Source: Heterodontus francisci (lineage: Eukaryota). From it: a stretch of DNA of 64,000 nt. Of this stretch, positions 53,779 to 64,000 are shown in pieces (position 1 is the stretch's first letter; the number at the start of each line of letters is the position of its first letter). The notes under the pieces are model-generated. The model worked only from the letters and a program-made list of their open reading frames with translations, did not search any database and was not told where the DNA came from. The stretch is from the NCBI RefSeq assembly GCF_036365525.1, contig NC_090390.1:40707993-40771992 (forward strand), written 5' to 3'. The position numbers were made by a program, and so were the translations under genes.

Positions 53779-53959
53779 TGCTTCTCTCACCACAGATGCT
53801 GCCAGACCTGCTGAGTATTTCCAGCATTTCTTGTTTTTATTTCAGATTTCCAGCATCCACAGTATTTTGCTTTTATTTAAAAAGTTAAACCTTGTTGAAT
53901 GAGGTGTACTAAGATCATAATTACTACTGAATTGTGTTCCAGATGTGGCTGGAGTACTC

Positions 53960-54335
53960 TTGTTAGTAGTACTCTTGCCTCCTCAAATGCTAAGGTTCAT
54001 CTCCAGCGCAGTAGTGAGGGAGTGCTGTGCTGTCAGAGGTACTGCCTTTTGGATGAGAAGCTAGACCAAGGCCCCATTTGCTCTGTCAGTTGAATGCAAA
54101 AGATCTCATGGCACTATTTCAAAGAATAGCAGTGGAGCTATCCCCAGTGTCTTGGCCAATACTTATCCCTCAATCCACATCACAAAAACAGGTTGTTTGA
54201 TCATTATCACATTGGTATTTGTGGGAGCTTGCTGTGCCTAAATTGTCTGCCGCACTTCCTATATTACAACGGTGTTTACACTTCTAAAGTATTTCATTGG
54301 CTGAAAGTGCTTTGAGACGCCTGATGGTCGTGAAG
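53960..54335 (+). mobile_element. Deu-SINE (SacSINE1/AmnSINE1-like)
   Basis: GAGGGAGTGCTG..TGTCAGAGG, AAAAGATCTCATGGCACTATTTC and the Deu core TTTGTGGGAGCTTGCTGTGC..AAATTG..TGCCGC. Confidence 0.8.
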
Positions 54336-55462
54336 TCTTTCTTATCTTTTTGAACAGCCTCGCTGGCCCTGAGAAACTAATTCTATATTTGCGGAATGTC
54401 AAATTTCTCTATTGTGATCAAAATTCCACATAGTTTTAAAATAATTATTTTTAAAGGATTTTATGATATTTCAGCTTGTACCTTAATCCCATATGTATGC
54501 CCCAATCTTTATTTCACTCTTTTTAATTAAAAAGTGAAGGATAATCAGTGCTTTTAAAACCCTGGTTTGCTGTCTGAGAATTCTTCAATGTTTGTTTACA
54601 AGGCTTGATGCCATCAGTGTTGCTGGATGGCTGGAGATCCTCTGGACTTGGCACCAGATTCAAACTAACATCTGGAAAGGGGAAATCCATACCATAGGGA
54701 CTGCTAAATCTTTGTGGGCAGTTTCCTTTGAAGTCAACACTGAGCACCACTATTTTGCTGCTGACCGCAAAATCCAGCTCAATATCTTGAACTACAAAGT
54801 GGGGTTCCTCACAAGTTATACATTTCCCTTAGATTTAGTTCCAGTACTTTTTCTAGCAGGTGAACATGATTCTGAACTTGTGTTGGTGGTCCTGTAGCCT
54901 TTTCCAATATTAAAAAGCGCATATAAAGTTATAGCAACTTATCAAATTAATGCAATTGTAGGAAAATTAATTTAGTTCCCTACTGTTTCTCCTCAGTTAT
55001 CCAACCATCAGATCCAGAGTATTTTTTTTTCTATTTTTTATTCATCAATTCATCAATTTCAGAATTGATGCCAAACTAATATGATTAGTTTGGTAAGAGT
55101 AGAAATGACAGCAATGATGTACCCACATAATTTACACCGCTGTTTCACAATTTGAATTAAAATCAAAGCCACACATAATCAGCTGAAAGTATCAGCTTTT
55201 TATAAACTCACAAGATATAAATCAAACCTATATAACTGCATGTCTGCAATGCCATTTTAAAACAATTAGGTTGTGAAATGCAAGTATTTTGTGAAAATTG
55301 CATACTTGCAGACTATAGCTTAACTAAGTGCCAATGTTACTTTTCAATTTGATTTAATTTCTTGAATTCAACATATTAACTAACTTTAAAAAAGGTTAAA
55401 TAACGAAAAACACAACTAACAGTTTGGATTCGCTCTTTTATAAATTATTATCATTCCCGCAA

Positions 55463-56572
55463 GGGCTGACTTTTTGTGCCCTACCGGCAGCTGAAACAGA
55501 AGTGGTCAGGGGCCAAAAATACCGGTGCTGGTTGGTGTGTCGGTTTTGAGATTCCGTTCTCGGCACTGGCAATGTTCACCAGGATGGGGGAGGGCTGGGC
55601 TGCTATCCCGTCCGCCTCCCGATTAAGGCCAATTAAAGTTCTTAAAGAGCTCATTATGAACTTGGTAAAGGGGGAAGTGGAAATTTTCACAGGGGTCCAT
55701 GGGTTGCACGCGCTGCCTTGGGCTTCCAGCTGAAGGGAGGTGGGTACAGATTGGGGAGCCAGTCATGGTCACCCCAGGGAATTCGCTCAGCCCCATTAGA
55801 GGGTCAATAGTGAAGGGAGACCTCAGCCTTTGAGAAAAAGGTGCCCTTGGCAATGTACAGATAATGGGGAGAATGGGCAGTCAACGCTTGGGCATTGAAC
55901 AGGGTTGGCACCCCGGCATCATGGGGGCAAAAGAGCAAGGGGCAGGGCTTCCAATCACATTAGGACATTTACCTGCCCACAAGAAAGGCTGCAGCTGGCA
56001 ATGGGGGTACGACTGTCAGATTTTGGGTCCAGTGGCGATGAGGGGCAATACCTTCCACGGGAAGGGCGGAGCCCTGAGCAGCAGGTGGGCACAAGAAAGG
56101 AAAGATGGGCGGGAAGGCAACAGAGGCCATCCCTCAACACAGGATCTGCCTCTGAAGCTGGAACAACCTGGAGATAATCAAGACTCAGTGCCATAGGACA
56201 CTACAACTCTTCAGGCAGATGGTCACAGACATCTGTGATCTTGTTGCCGAAGACCTCACGCATTGCATGACTAGTCGCCATGCCTTACCAGTAGCCATCA
56301 AAGTCACTGTAGCCTTCTGGCTTCTTCCAAGGCACAGCTGCGGACCTTAGTAACACCTCGCAAATGGCTACACACCACTGCATCTCACATGTCACTGATG
56401 TCCTCTTTGCCAGAGCTGGACAGTACATTTATTTCATGACCGATGCGACCTTGCAGGCACAGAGGGCATCGGGTTTCGCCGCCATTGCTGGATTCCCCCA
56501 AGTGCAGGGTATCATCGATAGCACCAATGTGGCAATGAAAGCCCCCAGTGACCGGCCAGTTAGATTTGTCAA
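55463..56572 (+). mobile_element. Harbinger transposon 5' part with HARBI1-like transposase fragment
   Basis: TIR-like GGGCTGACTTTT; HALPVAIKVT, ATHHCISHVTDVLF, FAAIAGFPQVQGIIDSTNVAMKAP (first catalytic Asp motif, cf. GxIDCTH). Confidence 0.85.
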
Positions 56573-56705
56573 CAGTTCTGATGAAAGGTCACAGACCTGA
56601 AATGCTAACTCTGCTTCTCTCTCCACAGATGCTGCCTGACCTGCTGAGTATTTCCAGCACTTTCTGTTTTTATTTCAGATTTCCAGCATCTGCAGTATTA
56701 TGCTC
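56573..56705 (+). mobile_element. short Penelope pLTR fragment containing a hammerhead motif (56574-56610)
   Basis: AGTT-CTGATGA-AAGGTCACAGACCT-GAAATGCT-AACT with perfect stem II AGGTC/GACCT, then the PLE terminal sequence. Confidence 0.85.
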
Positions 56706-56867
56706 TCTACTTTTGTTTTCAATTCCCCTTGCAATAAACAATATTATTTCCTAATTACTTGCTGAACCTGCATACTAACCTTTTGTGAATCATGCACTAG
56801 GACAGCCAGATCCTTCTGCATCTCAGAGCTCTGCAATCAGTCACCATTTAGATAATATGCTTCTTTT

Positions 56868-57213
56868 TTATTCTTATTTATTTAGAGATACAGCACTGAA
56901 ACAGGACCTTCGGCCCACCGAGTCTGTGCCGACCAACAACCACCCATTTATACTAATCCTACATTAACCCCATATTCTCTACCACATCCCCACCATTCTC
57001 CTACCACCTACCTACACTAGGGGCAATTTACAATGGCCAATTAACCTATCAACCTGCAAGTCTTTGGCTGTGGGAGGAAACCGAAGCACCCGGCAGAAAC
57101 CCACGCAGACACAGGGAGAACTTGCAAACTCCGCACAGGCAGTATCCAGAACTGAACCCGGGTTGCTGGAGCTGTGAGGCTGCGGTGCTAACCACTGCAC
57201 CACTGTGCCACCC
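56868..57213 (-). mobile_element. HE1-like V-SINE
   Basis: Reverse complement of the SINE family at 27959 and 36200. Confidence 0.92.
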
Positions 57214-58917
57214 CAATAAGGCCAAAAAGTTCAATTTCAAATTTTCCCACAGTATAGTCTGTTTGCCAGGTCTTTGCCCACTCAATTAACCTATCTACAT
57301 CCCTTTGTAGCCTCCTTATGTCCTCTTCACATCTTACTTTCCTACCTATCTTTGTGTCATCAGCAAATTTAGCAACCATACCTTCGGTCCCTTCATCCAA
57401 GTCATTTATATAAATTGTAAAAAGGTGAGGCTCCAGCACTGATCCCTGTGGTACATCACTCGTTACATCTTGCCAACCAGAAAATGACCCATTTATGCCT
57501 ACTCTCTGTTTCCTGTTTGCTAGTCAAACTTCTAACCATGCCAATATGTTACCCCCTACATCCTTTTTTGGCCTCCCTGTCTCGAGAGACAATGGGTAAG
57601 CACCTGGAGGCGGTCAGTGGTTTGTGAAGCATAAGCTTCACCATAAGCTTCTAGTTTCTGCAATAACCTTTGATGTGGCACCTGATCAAATGCCTTCTGG
57701 AAATCTAAGTACAGTACATCCACCAGTTCCCCTTTATCCACAGCACATGTTACTTATTTAAACAACTCCAGTACATTGGTTAAATATGACTTCCCTTTCA
57801 CAAAACCATGTTGACTCTGCCTGATTACCTTGAATTTTTCTAAATGCCCTACTATAACGTCTTTAATAATAGCGTCTAACATTTTCCCTAAGACAGATGT
57901 TAAGTTAACTAGCCTGCAGTTTCCCACTTTCGGTCTCCTTCCCTTTTGAATAAAGGAGTTACATTCGCTATTTTCTAATCAACTGGAACCTTCCCTGAAT
58001 CTGGAGAATTTTGGAAAATTAAAACCATTGCATCAACTATCTCACTAGCTACTTCTTTTAACACCCTAGGATGAAGTCCATCAGGGCCCGGGGACTTGTC
58101 AGCCCACAGCTCCAACAATTTGCTCAGTACCACTTCCCTGGTTATTGTAATTTTCTTGAATTCCTCCCTCCCTTACATTTCCTGGTTTACAGCTATTTCT
58201 GGGATGTTACTTGTATCCTCTATGGTGAAGACCGATGCAAAATATGTGTTCAGTTCATCTGCCATATCCTTATTTTCCCTTAAAATTCTGAAGACTTTCT
58301 TTCGGACAAATGCTCACTTTTTACACTCTTTTATTTTTAAAATATCTATAGAAACTCTTACTATCTGTTTTTATATTTCTAGCTAGCTTTCTCTCGTACT
58401 CTATTTTTCCCCTCCTTATCAATCTTTTGTCATTCTTTGCTGTTCTTTATATTCTGTTCAAACGTCACCCATCTTTGTGCAATTATATGCTTTTTCTTTA
58501 AGTTTGATACTATCTTTAACTTTTTTAGTTAACCATGGATAGTGGGTTCTCACTTTGGAATTTTTCTTTCTCATTGGAATGTATCTATTCTGTGCATTCT
58601 GAAATATCCCCTTAAATGTCTCTATTGTCCTATCCCTTAACCTAATTTGCCAGTTCACTTTAGCTATCTCTGCTTTGATGCCCTCATAATTGCCCTTTAT
58701 TTTAAGTTTAAAATACTAGTCTTGGACCCATTTTTCTCTCCCTCAAACTGAATGTAAAATTCATTTTATGATCGCTGTTACCTAGGGGCGCCTTCACTAT
58801 GAGATCATCAATTCATTATATCTCGTTGCACAATATCAGGTCTAGTATAGCTTGCTCTCTGGTTGGTCCAGGCGTGCTGTTCTAAGAAACAATCCTGAAA
58901 ACATTCCACGAGCTCCT

Positions 58918-60437
58918 CAAAATAAGAACAAAATATTGCGGGTGCTGGAACTCTGAAATGAGAACAGAAAGTGCTGGAAATACTCAACAGGTCTGGCAGT
59001 ATCTGTGTAGAGAGAAAAAGAGTTAACGTTTCAGGTCTGTGATGCTTCATCAGAACTGACAAAAGTTAGAAATGTCTTTGAGCAAGTGAAAAGAGGAGGG
59101 GGGGGAAGAAGAACAAGAAGGAAGGTCTGTGATAGAATGGAGGGGAAGAGATTAAATGACAGAGATGTCATGGAACAGAATGCAAATGGAGTTTTAAATA
59201 GTTGTAGCGAAATACAAACCATGAGTCCAGAGAGAGTGCTAATGGCAGAATAATAAACAGCTCTGTACAAAAGCAAAAACACGAAAAACAATTTTAAGAC
59301 TAGCACATGATTTTTAAAAAAATAAAAAAATAACTATACATAAAAAAAATGAACAAAAAATAATAGGGCTCATGGTCTGGGTCTGAAATTATTGAACTCA
59401 ATATTGAGTCCAGAAGGCTATAGAGTGCCTAATCGGATGATGAGGTGCTTTTCCTCAAGCTTGCATTGGTGTTCACTGGAGCACTGCAGCAGGCCGAGGA
59501 CAGAAATGTGGGCATGCGAACAAGGTGGTGAATTGAAGTGGCAAGCAACCGGAAGCTTGGGATCATGCTTGGGGACCGAGCAGAGGTGTTCTGCAAAGCG
59601 CTCACCCAATCTACGTTTGGTCTCTGCAATGTAGAGGAGACTGCACTGTGAGCAGCGAATATAGCATACCAAATTAAAAGAAGTACAAGTAAATCACTGT
59701 TTCACCTGGAAGGAGTGTTTCAGACCTTGGATGGTGAGAAGAGAGGAGGTAAAATGACAGGTATTACTTCTCCTGTGAAAGGGACAAGGTATCGGGGTGA
59801 TGGAGAAGTGGACCAGGGTGTTGCGGAGGCAATGGCCCCTTCAGAATGCTGACAGGGGAGGGGAGGGAAAGATGTGTTTGGTAGTGGCATCATACTGAAG
59901 GTGGCAGAAATGGCAGAGGATGATCCTTTGGCTATAGAGGCTGGTGAGGTGGAAAGTGAAGACAAAGGAACCCTCTTGCTGTTCTGGGAAGGAGGGGAAG
60001 GGGTGAGGGCGCAAGTGCGGGAACTGGGTTGGACAAGGTCGAGGGCCCTGTCAACCACAGTGCGGGGGAATTGTTGGTTGAGCAAAAAGGAAGACATATC
60101 AGAGACGCTGTTGTGGAAGGTTGTATCATCAGAACAGATGCGTCAGAGACGGAGAAACTGGGAGAATGGAATGGAGTCCTTGCAGGAGGTAGAGTGTGAG
60201 GAAGTGTATTCGAGGTAGTTGTGGGAGTCAGAGGGCTTATAATAAATACTCGTGGACAGCCTGTCACCAGAGATGGAGACAGAGACATCGTGGAAGGGAA
60301 GAAAAGTGTTAGAGATGGACCATTTGAAGGTGAAAGAAGGGTGGAAATGGGAAGCAAAGTTGATGAAGTTTTCCAGTTCATGGCGAGTGCAGGAAGCGGC
60401 ACTGATACAATCATCATTGTACTGGATAAAGAGTTCG
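58918..60437 (-). mobile_element. 5'-truncated Penelope-like element (RT C-terminus, GIY-YIG, pLTR)
   Basis: FIQYNDD, LPFHDV, IYYKPSDSHNYL..SSH, SIPFSQFLRL; VCYIRCSQCSLLYIAETKRRLGERFAEH; PLE terminal sequence at the left end. Confidence 0.93.
59020..59057 (-). ncRNA. minimal type I hammerhead ribozyme motif
   Basis: Minus strand AGTT-CTGATGA-agcatcacagacct-GAAACGTT-AACT; palindromic ACGT stem III intact, stem II partly mutated. Confidence 0.72.
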
Positions 60438-63179
60438 GAAAAATCCCCCATGATTATCACCGTACCTTTCTGACAAGCTCCCATTATTTCTTCCTTTATA
60501 CTCTGTCCTACCATGTGGTTACTGTTAGGGGACCTGTACACCACTCCCATGAGTGACTTCTTGCCTTTATCATTCCTCATCTCTACCCAACCTGCTTCTA
60601 CATCCAGGTTTCCTGAACTTACGTCATCCCTCTCTAATGTGCTAAGACTCTCATTAATTAACAGAGCCACCCCTCCACCTTTTCCTGGCTTCTTGTCCTT
60701 TCTAAATGTCATGTACCCTTCAATATTCAGGTTCCAATCTATGTCATCCTGCAGCCATGTCTCTGTAATGGCTATCAGATCATACTTATTTACTTCTATT
60801 TGCGCTATCAGTTCATCTGTTTTGTTTTGAATGCTACGTGCTTTCAGATACACAGCTTTTAGTTTTGTCCTTTTATTATTTTTGTAAAGTCTAGCCTTGA
60901 CTGCTGATTTACTCTTAGATTTGTACTCTCTATCCCTTCCTTTCCCATATCTTTCTCTCTTACCTTGTCTCTACTCTTTGATTTACCACATCTTCCCAAA
61001 TTTGATCCCTTGTCCCCACTATTTAGTTTAAAACCCTCTCTACTTCCCTAGTTATGCAGCTCACTAGAACACCAGCCCCAGCACCGTTCAAGTGTAGACT
61101 GTCCCAATGGTACAGCCTCCACTTTCCCAGTACTGGTGCCAGTGCCCCATGAACCAGAACCCACTTCTAACACACCAGTCTTTGAGCAATGCATTCATTT
61201 CTCTAATCTCATTTCTCCTATATCAATTTGCATGTGGTTCAGGTCATCATCCAGAGATTATTACCTTTGAGGTTCTTCTTCTTAATTTGGTGCCTAGATC
61301 CTCATACTGACCATGCAGAACCCCCTTCCTTGTCCTGCCTATGTCATGGACCATGACAACTGGATCCTCTCTCTCCCACTGTAAGTTCCTCTCCTGCCCT
61401 GAGCAGATGTCCTGAACCCTGGCAATACAGCCTTCAGGACTCTTGTTCTTTGCTGCAGAGAACAGTGTCAATTCCCGTCACTATACTATCCCCTACTACC
61501 ACTACATTCCTTTTTGCTCCCCCAACTTGAATGGCTTCCTGTACCACAATGCCATGATCAATTGGCTCATCCACCTGCAGCACCCAATCTCATCCAAACA
61601 AGCTGAAAGAACCTCAAACCTGTTGGACAATCGCAAAGACTGAGGCTCATGCACACCTGCCTTCTGGGTCCCCTTACATGCCTCAGCTGCAGCCACACTC
61701 TCCTGTCCCTGACCACTGACCAAATCAGAAGAACCTATCCTACGAGGTGTAACCGACTTCTGGTACAAAGCGTCCAGGTAACTTTTCCACTCCCTGATGT
61801 GTCGCAGTGTCTGCAGCTTTGACTCCAGTTCAATGACTCTGAGCCGAAGCACCTCGAGCTGCAAACATTTACTGCAGACGTGTTTGTCCTGGATCACACT
61901 GGCATCCAGGAGCTCTCACATGCTGCAGACATGACACATCACCTGTCCTGCCATCCTTAATGTGTTTCAATTAACTACTTAATTATTTTATTCATTTTGC
62001 TTTTTTATATATTTTATTAACCTTACCACCAGTTCATGTACTATTTTAAACCTTATGAATAGAATAGACCTTAACCACTTACCACATACTCACCAGACAG
62101 CTAGCTTCTTCCCCTGTAATAGAGTAAGAACCAAATCCGACAGGGTGAGAAAGTTAGAAAAAACAAAGTAGCACCTCCTTCCCCTCCTCACCCAACTCCC
62201 TCAACTCACCAAACTCCCAGCACTCTGTTCAAGTTGCACTCAGTGCAAAGTCGGCTGAGATGCCTGTATTTATATGTTCTAAGACTAAAGAGATTAGCTG
62301 AGACCCAGGTACAAAAAAAAGTTCAAGCTAGTTCCTTTAACTAACTACAGCTGCTCCCCAGTGAATAGCCCTGCTTAGGCCCCTGGATGAAATTTAGAAT
62401 TTAAACAGTAACTTTCTGTTAAATTTTCAATGTTAAATACAAACAAAGTTAGATTTTTAAAAAGAGATTAAGATTCCCTCAACTCACCAAACTCCCAGCA
62501 CTCTTTTCAAGCCTCACTCTAAATCCTCTCCTCTCCGAGTCTCATCGAATATGGTGGAAAAATGGCACCCCTGCTCCCGTCTGGGCCCGCTCTCAGACAT
62601 TATGTGCCCGTTTCTCCTGCAGGGACAAAAGAGAGTGAGATAAGGCACTTCTGTCCTTTGTGTCCGCTGTCATGTGCCCCCATTCATTAGAAAGTGCATG
62701 TTTCAGTGGTGACAGGACTTCAGCAGCACTATGACTCTGAGCTATTCTGAGGGGTCAGTAAGTGCCCTGGGCACATACCCCTCCCATGTTCAGGAGCAGC
62801 ATGCGCCCTGAAGCTCACTGCTGCCATTATGTCATGAGCTTCTTTGTGTTATCTTAAGCAGCACAATGAGGTACGTGAATTCCAGTTCCTTGAAGATACC
62901 CAGAAGGTTTATTAACAGATAATCGAGTATATGCAATACACAGCAAACTATATACAGAACCTTTGTTTAGCATGTTTCAGTGCAGAGTGACTATGGCTTC
63001 TAGTCACATGACTACATCCCAGTATTTAGCTCATTAGCATACTGAGTTCTTAAAGGGACATCACTCTTAAAGCAATCATACAACAGAGAATGAACAACTA
63101 GAAGCCTGTCCTGAGGGTTGGGGGTAACAGTCTCCTTGCCAGAGCATATCAGATCATTGATCCTCTCCCAACACTGAAT

Positions 63180-63410
63180 TCATGCCCTTCTAAATATGCT
63201 CCAGCCACTTACTGCGGATGCCACCTCCACTCACACCTCTCTGGTTTGGGCCATCCTCCAGGAAGAGGACTTCCCTCCTCTACCTCACGGCCTCGAGCAT
63301 GACAGCCAGGTCTACATCCGAGAACCAAGGGGCATCTCTGCCCCGGGTTTCAGGCCTCCGGCTTTCCTGAGATATCTGGTTCTGCTCCAGTGCTCTCCAC
63401 AGCTCTGACA
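63180..63410 (-). mobile_element. Harbinger Myb/SANT-like gene fragment
   Basis: Minus frame RGRDAPWFSDVDLAVMLEAVR*RREVLFLEDG, homologous to the fragments at ~7450 and ~15230. Confidence 0.7.
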
Positions 63411-63608
63411 CTCTCTGCTGCTTTCCTCCTTCAGTCAAACAGCAGCCTTAGTAATGGCTGTTGCGGTGAGTTTAAATTGGGCCCACATTTCCTCTGACCC
63501 GCCTCTGTTCCTACCCCCGTGGCCTCCAATTGGCCAGCAAACCTGTCTTTATATCAATTTAGGGGTCACCCCCATGAAAATCATGATGTAAATCAGTTTC
63601 CCCACTGT

Positions 63609-63668
63609 GGGGGTGGGGGGGGGGGGGGGGGGTGGGGGGGAGGGGGGGTGCGGGGGAGGGTGGTGGGT
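63609..63668 (+). repeat. poly-G / G-rich low-complexity tract
   Basis: Multiple long G runs. Confidence 0.8.
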
Positions 63669-63789
63669 TTGCGAACCAGAAACAGTCCCGACTTCCATTT
63701 CCCTTCTCCAATGCGAAATTGCATCCCTCTGTGTTGGGCAATTGGAGCAACATCACTGGTGGGAAACTGTGCACTTTTCTACTTTTTTT

Positions 63790-64000
63790 TAGGAGTAAGA
63801 AGCCACGGTGAATAGCGAATTAGTCCCTCTCCCCTATACTTTCCCCATAGCCCCCTAATCTCTTCTCCCTTCAATTATTTATCCAATTTCCTTTGGAAAG
63901 TTACGATTGAATCTGCTTCCTCTATCCTTTCAGACAGTGCATTCTAAATCACAACAAGTCACTGTGTAACAAAAAAAATTCTCATACCACCTCTGATTCT
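63790..64000 (-). mobile_element. old CR1 3' fragment
   Basis: TTATCCAATTTCCTTTGGAAAGTTACGATTGAATCTGCTTCC..CTTTCAG matches the CR1 3' region also seen near 37475. Confidence 0.65.

Larger units (their letters stand above)
52243..53875 (+). mobile_element. Penelope-like element (GIY-YIG endonuclease end) with inverted pLTR and 13-bp TSD
   Basis: ORF with CNTC, NVVYCIR..CGLLYIGETKRRLGDCFAEH; 52243-52780 is the reverse complement of ~53298-53841; TTTAAAAAGTTAA at 52230-52242 and 53876-53888. Confidence 0.95.
56715..62250 (-). mobile_element. CR1 LINE (5' UTR, ORF1, APE, RT; 3' end lost) interrupted by a V-SINE, an RTE tail and a Penelope element
   Basis: ORF1 HVCSKCLQLEVLRLRVIELE and DIGRTRKGVL; APE YLKARSIQNKTDEL..ITETWL..IIMGDF; [14 protein letters not shown] and FADDTK. 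RTE 3' scrap at ~57560-57632. Confidence 0.9.

Noticed and set aside
56364-56600. Host HARBI1 gene
   Set aside because: Fragmentary and frameshifted, preceded by a TIR and truncated by a PLE piece; a transposon relic.
62830-63085. Possible short solo LTR
   Set aside because: Ends in CAACA and looks LTR-like, but I could not find a matching TSD or a second copy.
46418-64000. Exons of genes neighbouring DNTT in other vertebrates (e.g. TLL2, OPALIN)
   Set aside because: No recognisable coding match on either strand; short divergent exons cannot be excluded by eye.

Overview
Repeat-dense vertebrate genomic DNA, almost certainly from a cartilaginous fish (shark), judged from its HE1/V-SINEs, Deu-domain SINEs, shark-type CR1 LINEs, Penelope elements and Harbinger MITEs. 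The only host-gene sequence I can find is the terminal coding exon of DNTT (terminal deoxynucleotidyl transferase, TdT) at 41015-41101 (+), [28 protein letters not shown]. No upstream DNTT exon was recognised, so 1-41014 is probably part of a last intron longer than 41 kb. A deleted Gmr1-like Gypsy element sits about 105 nt after the stop codon, and a solo LTR of the same family lies in the intron. Nearly all ORFs in the track are decayed transposon frames or antisense noise. The most striking observation is a ~3.1 kb single-ORF LINE (22229-25336, minus strand). It begins with a tRNA-type A-box/B-box head, has no ORF1, and its sense strand contains no TTTT run by my manual scan, which makes it a candidate RNA polymerase III-transcribed protein-coding retrotransposon. 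Also notable are five Penelope minimal hammerhead ribozyme motifs and a 17-nt telomeric insertion, in telomerase-template register, inside a CR1 ORF1. Repeat boundaries are read by eye and are approximate unless a target-site duplication (TSD) or terminal inverted repeat (TIR) is quoted.
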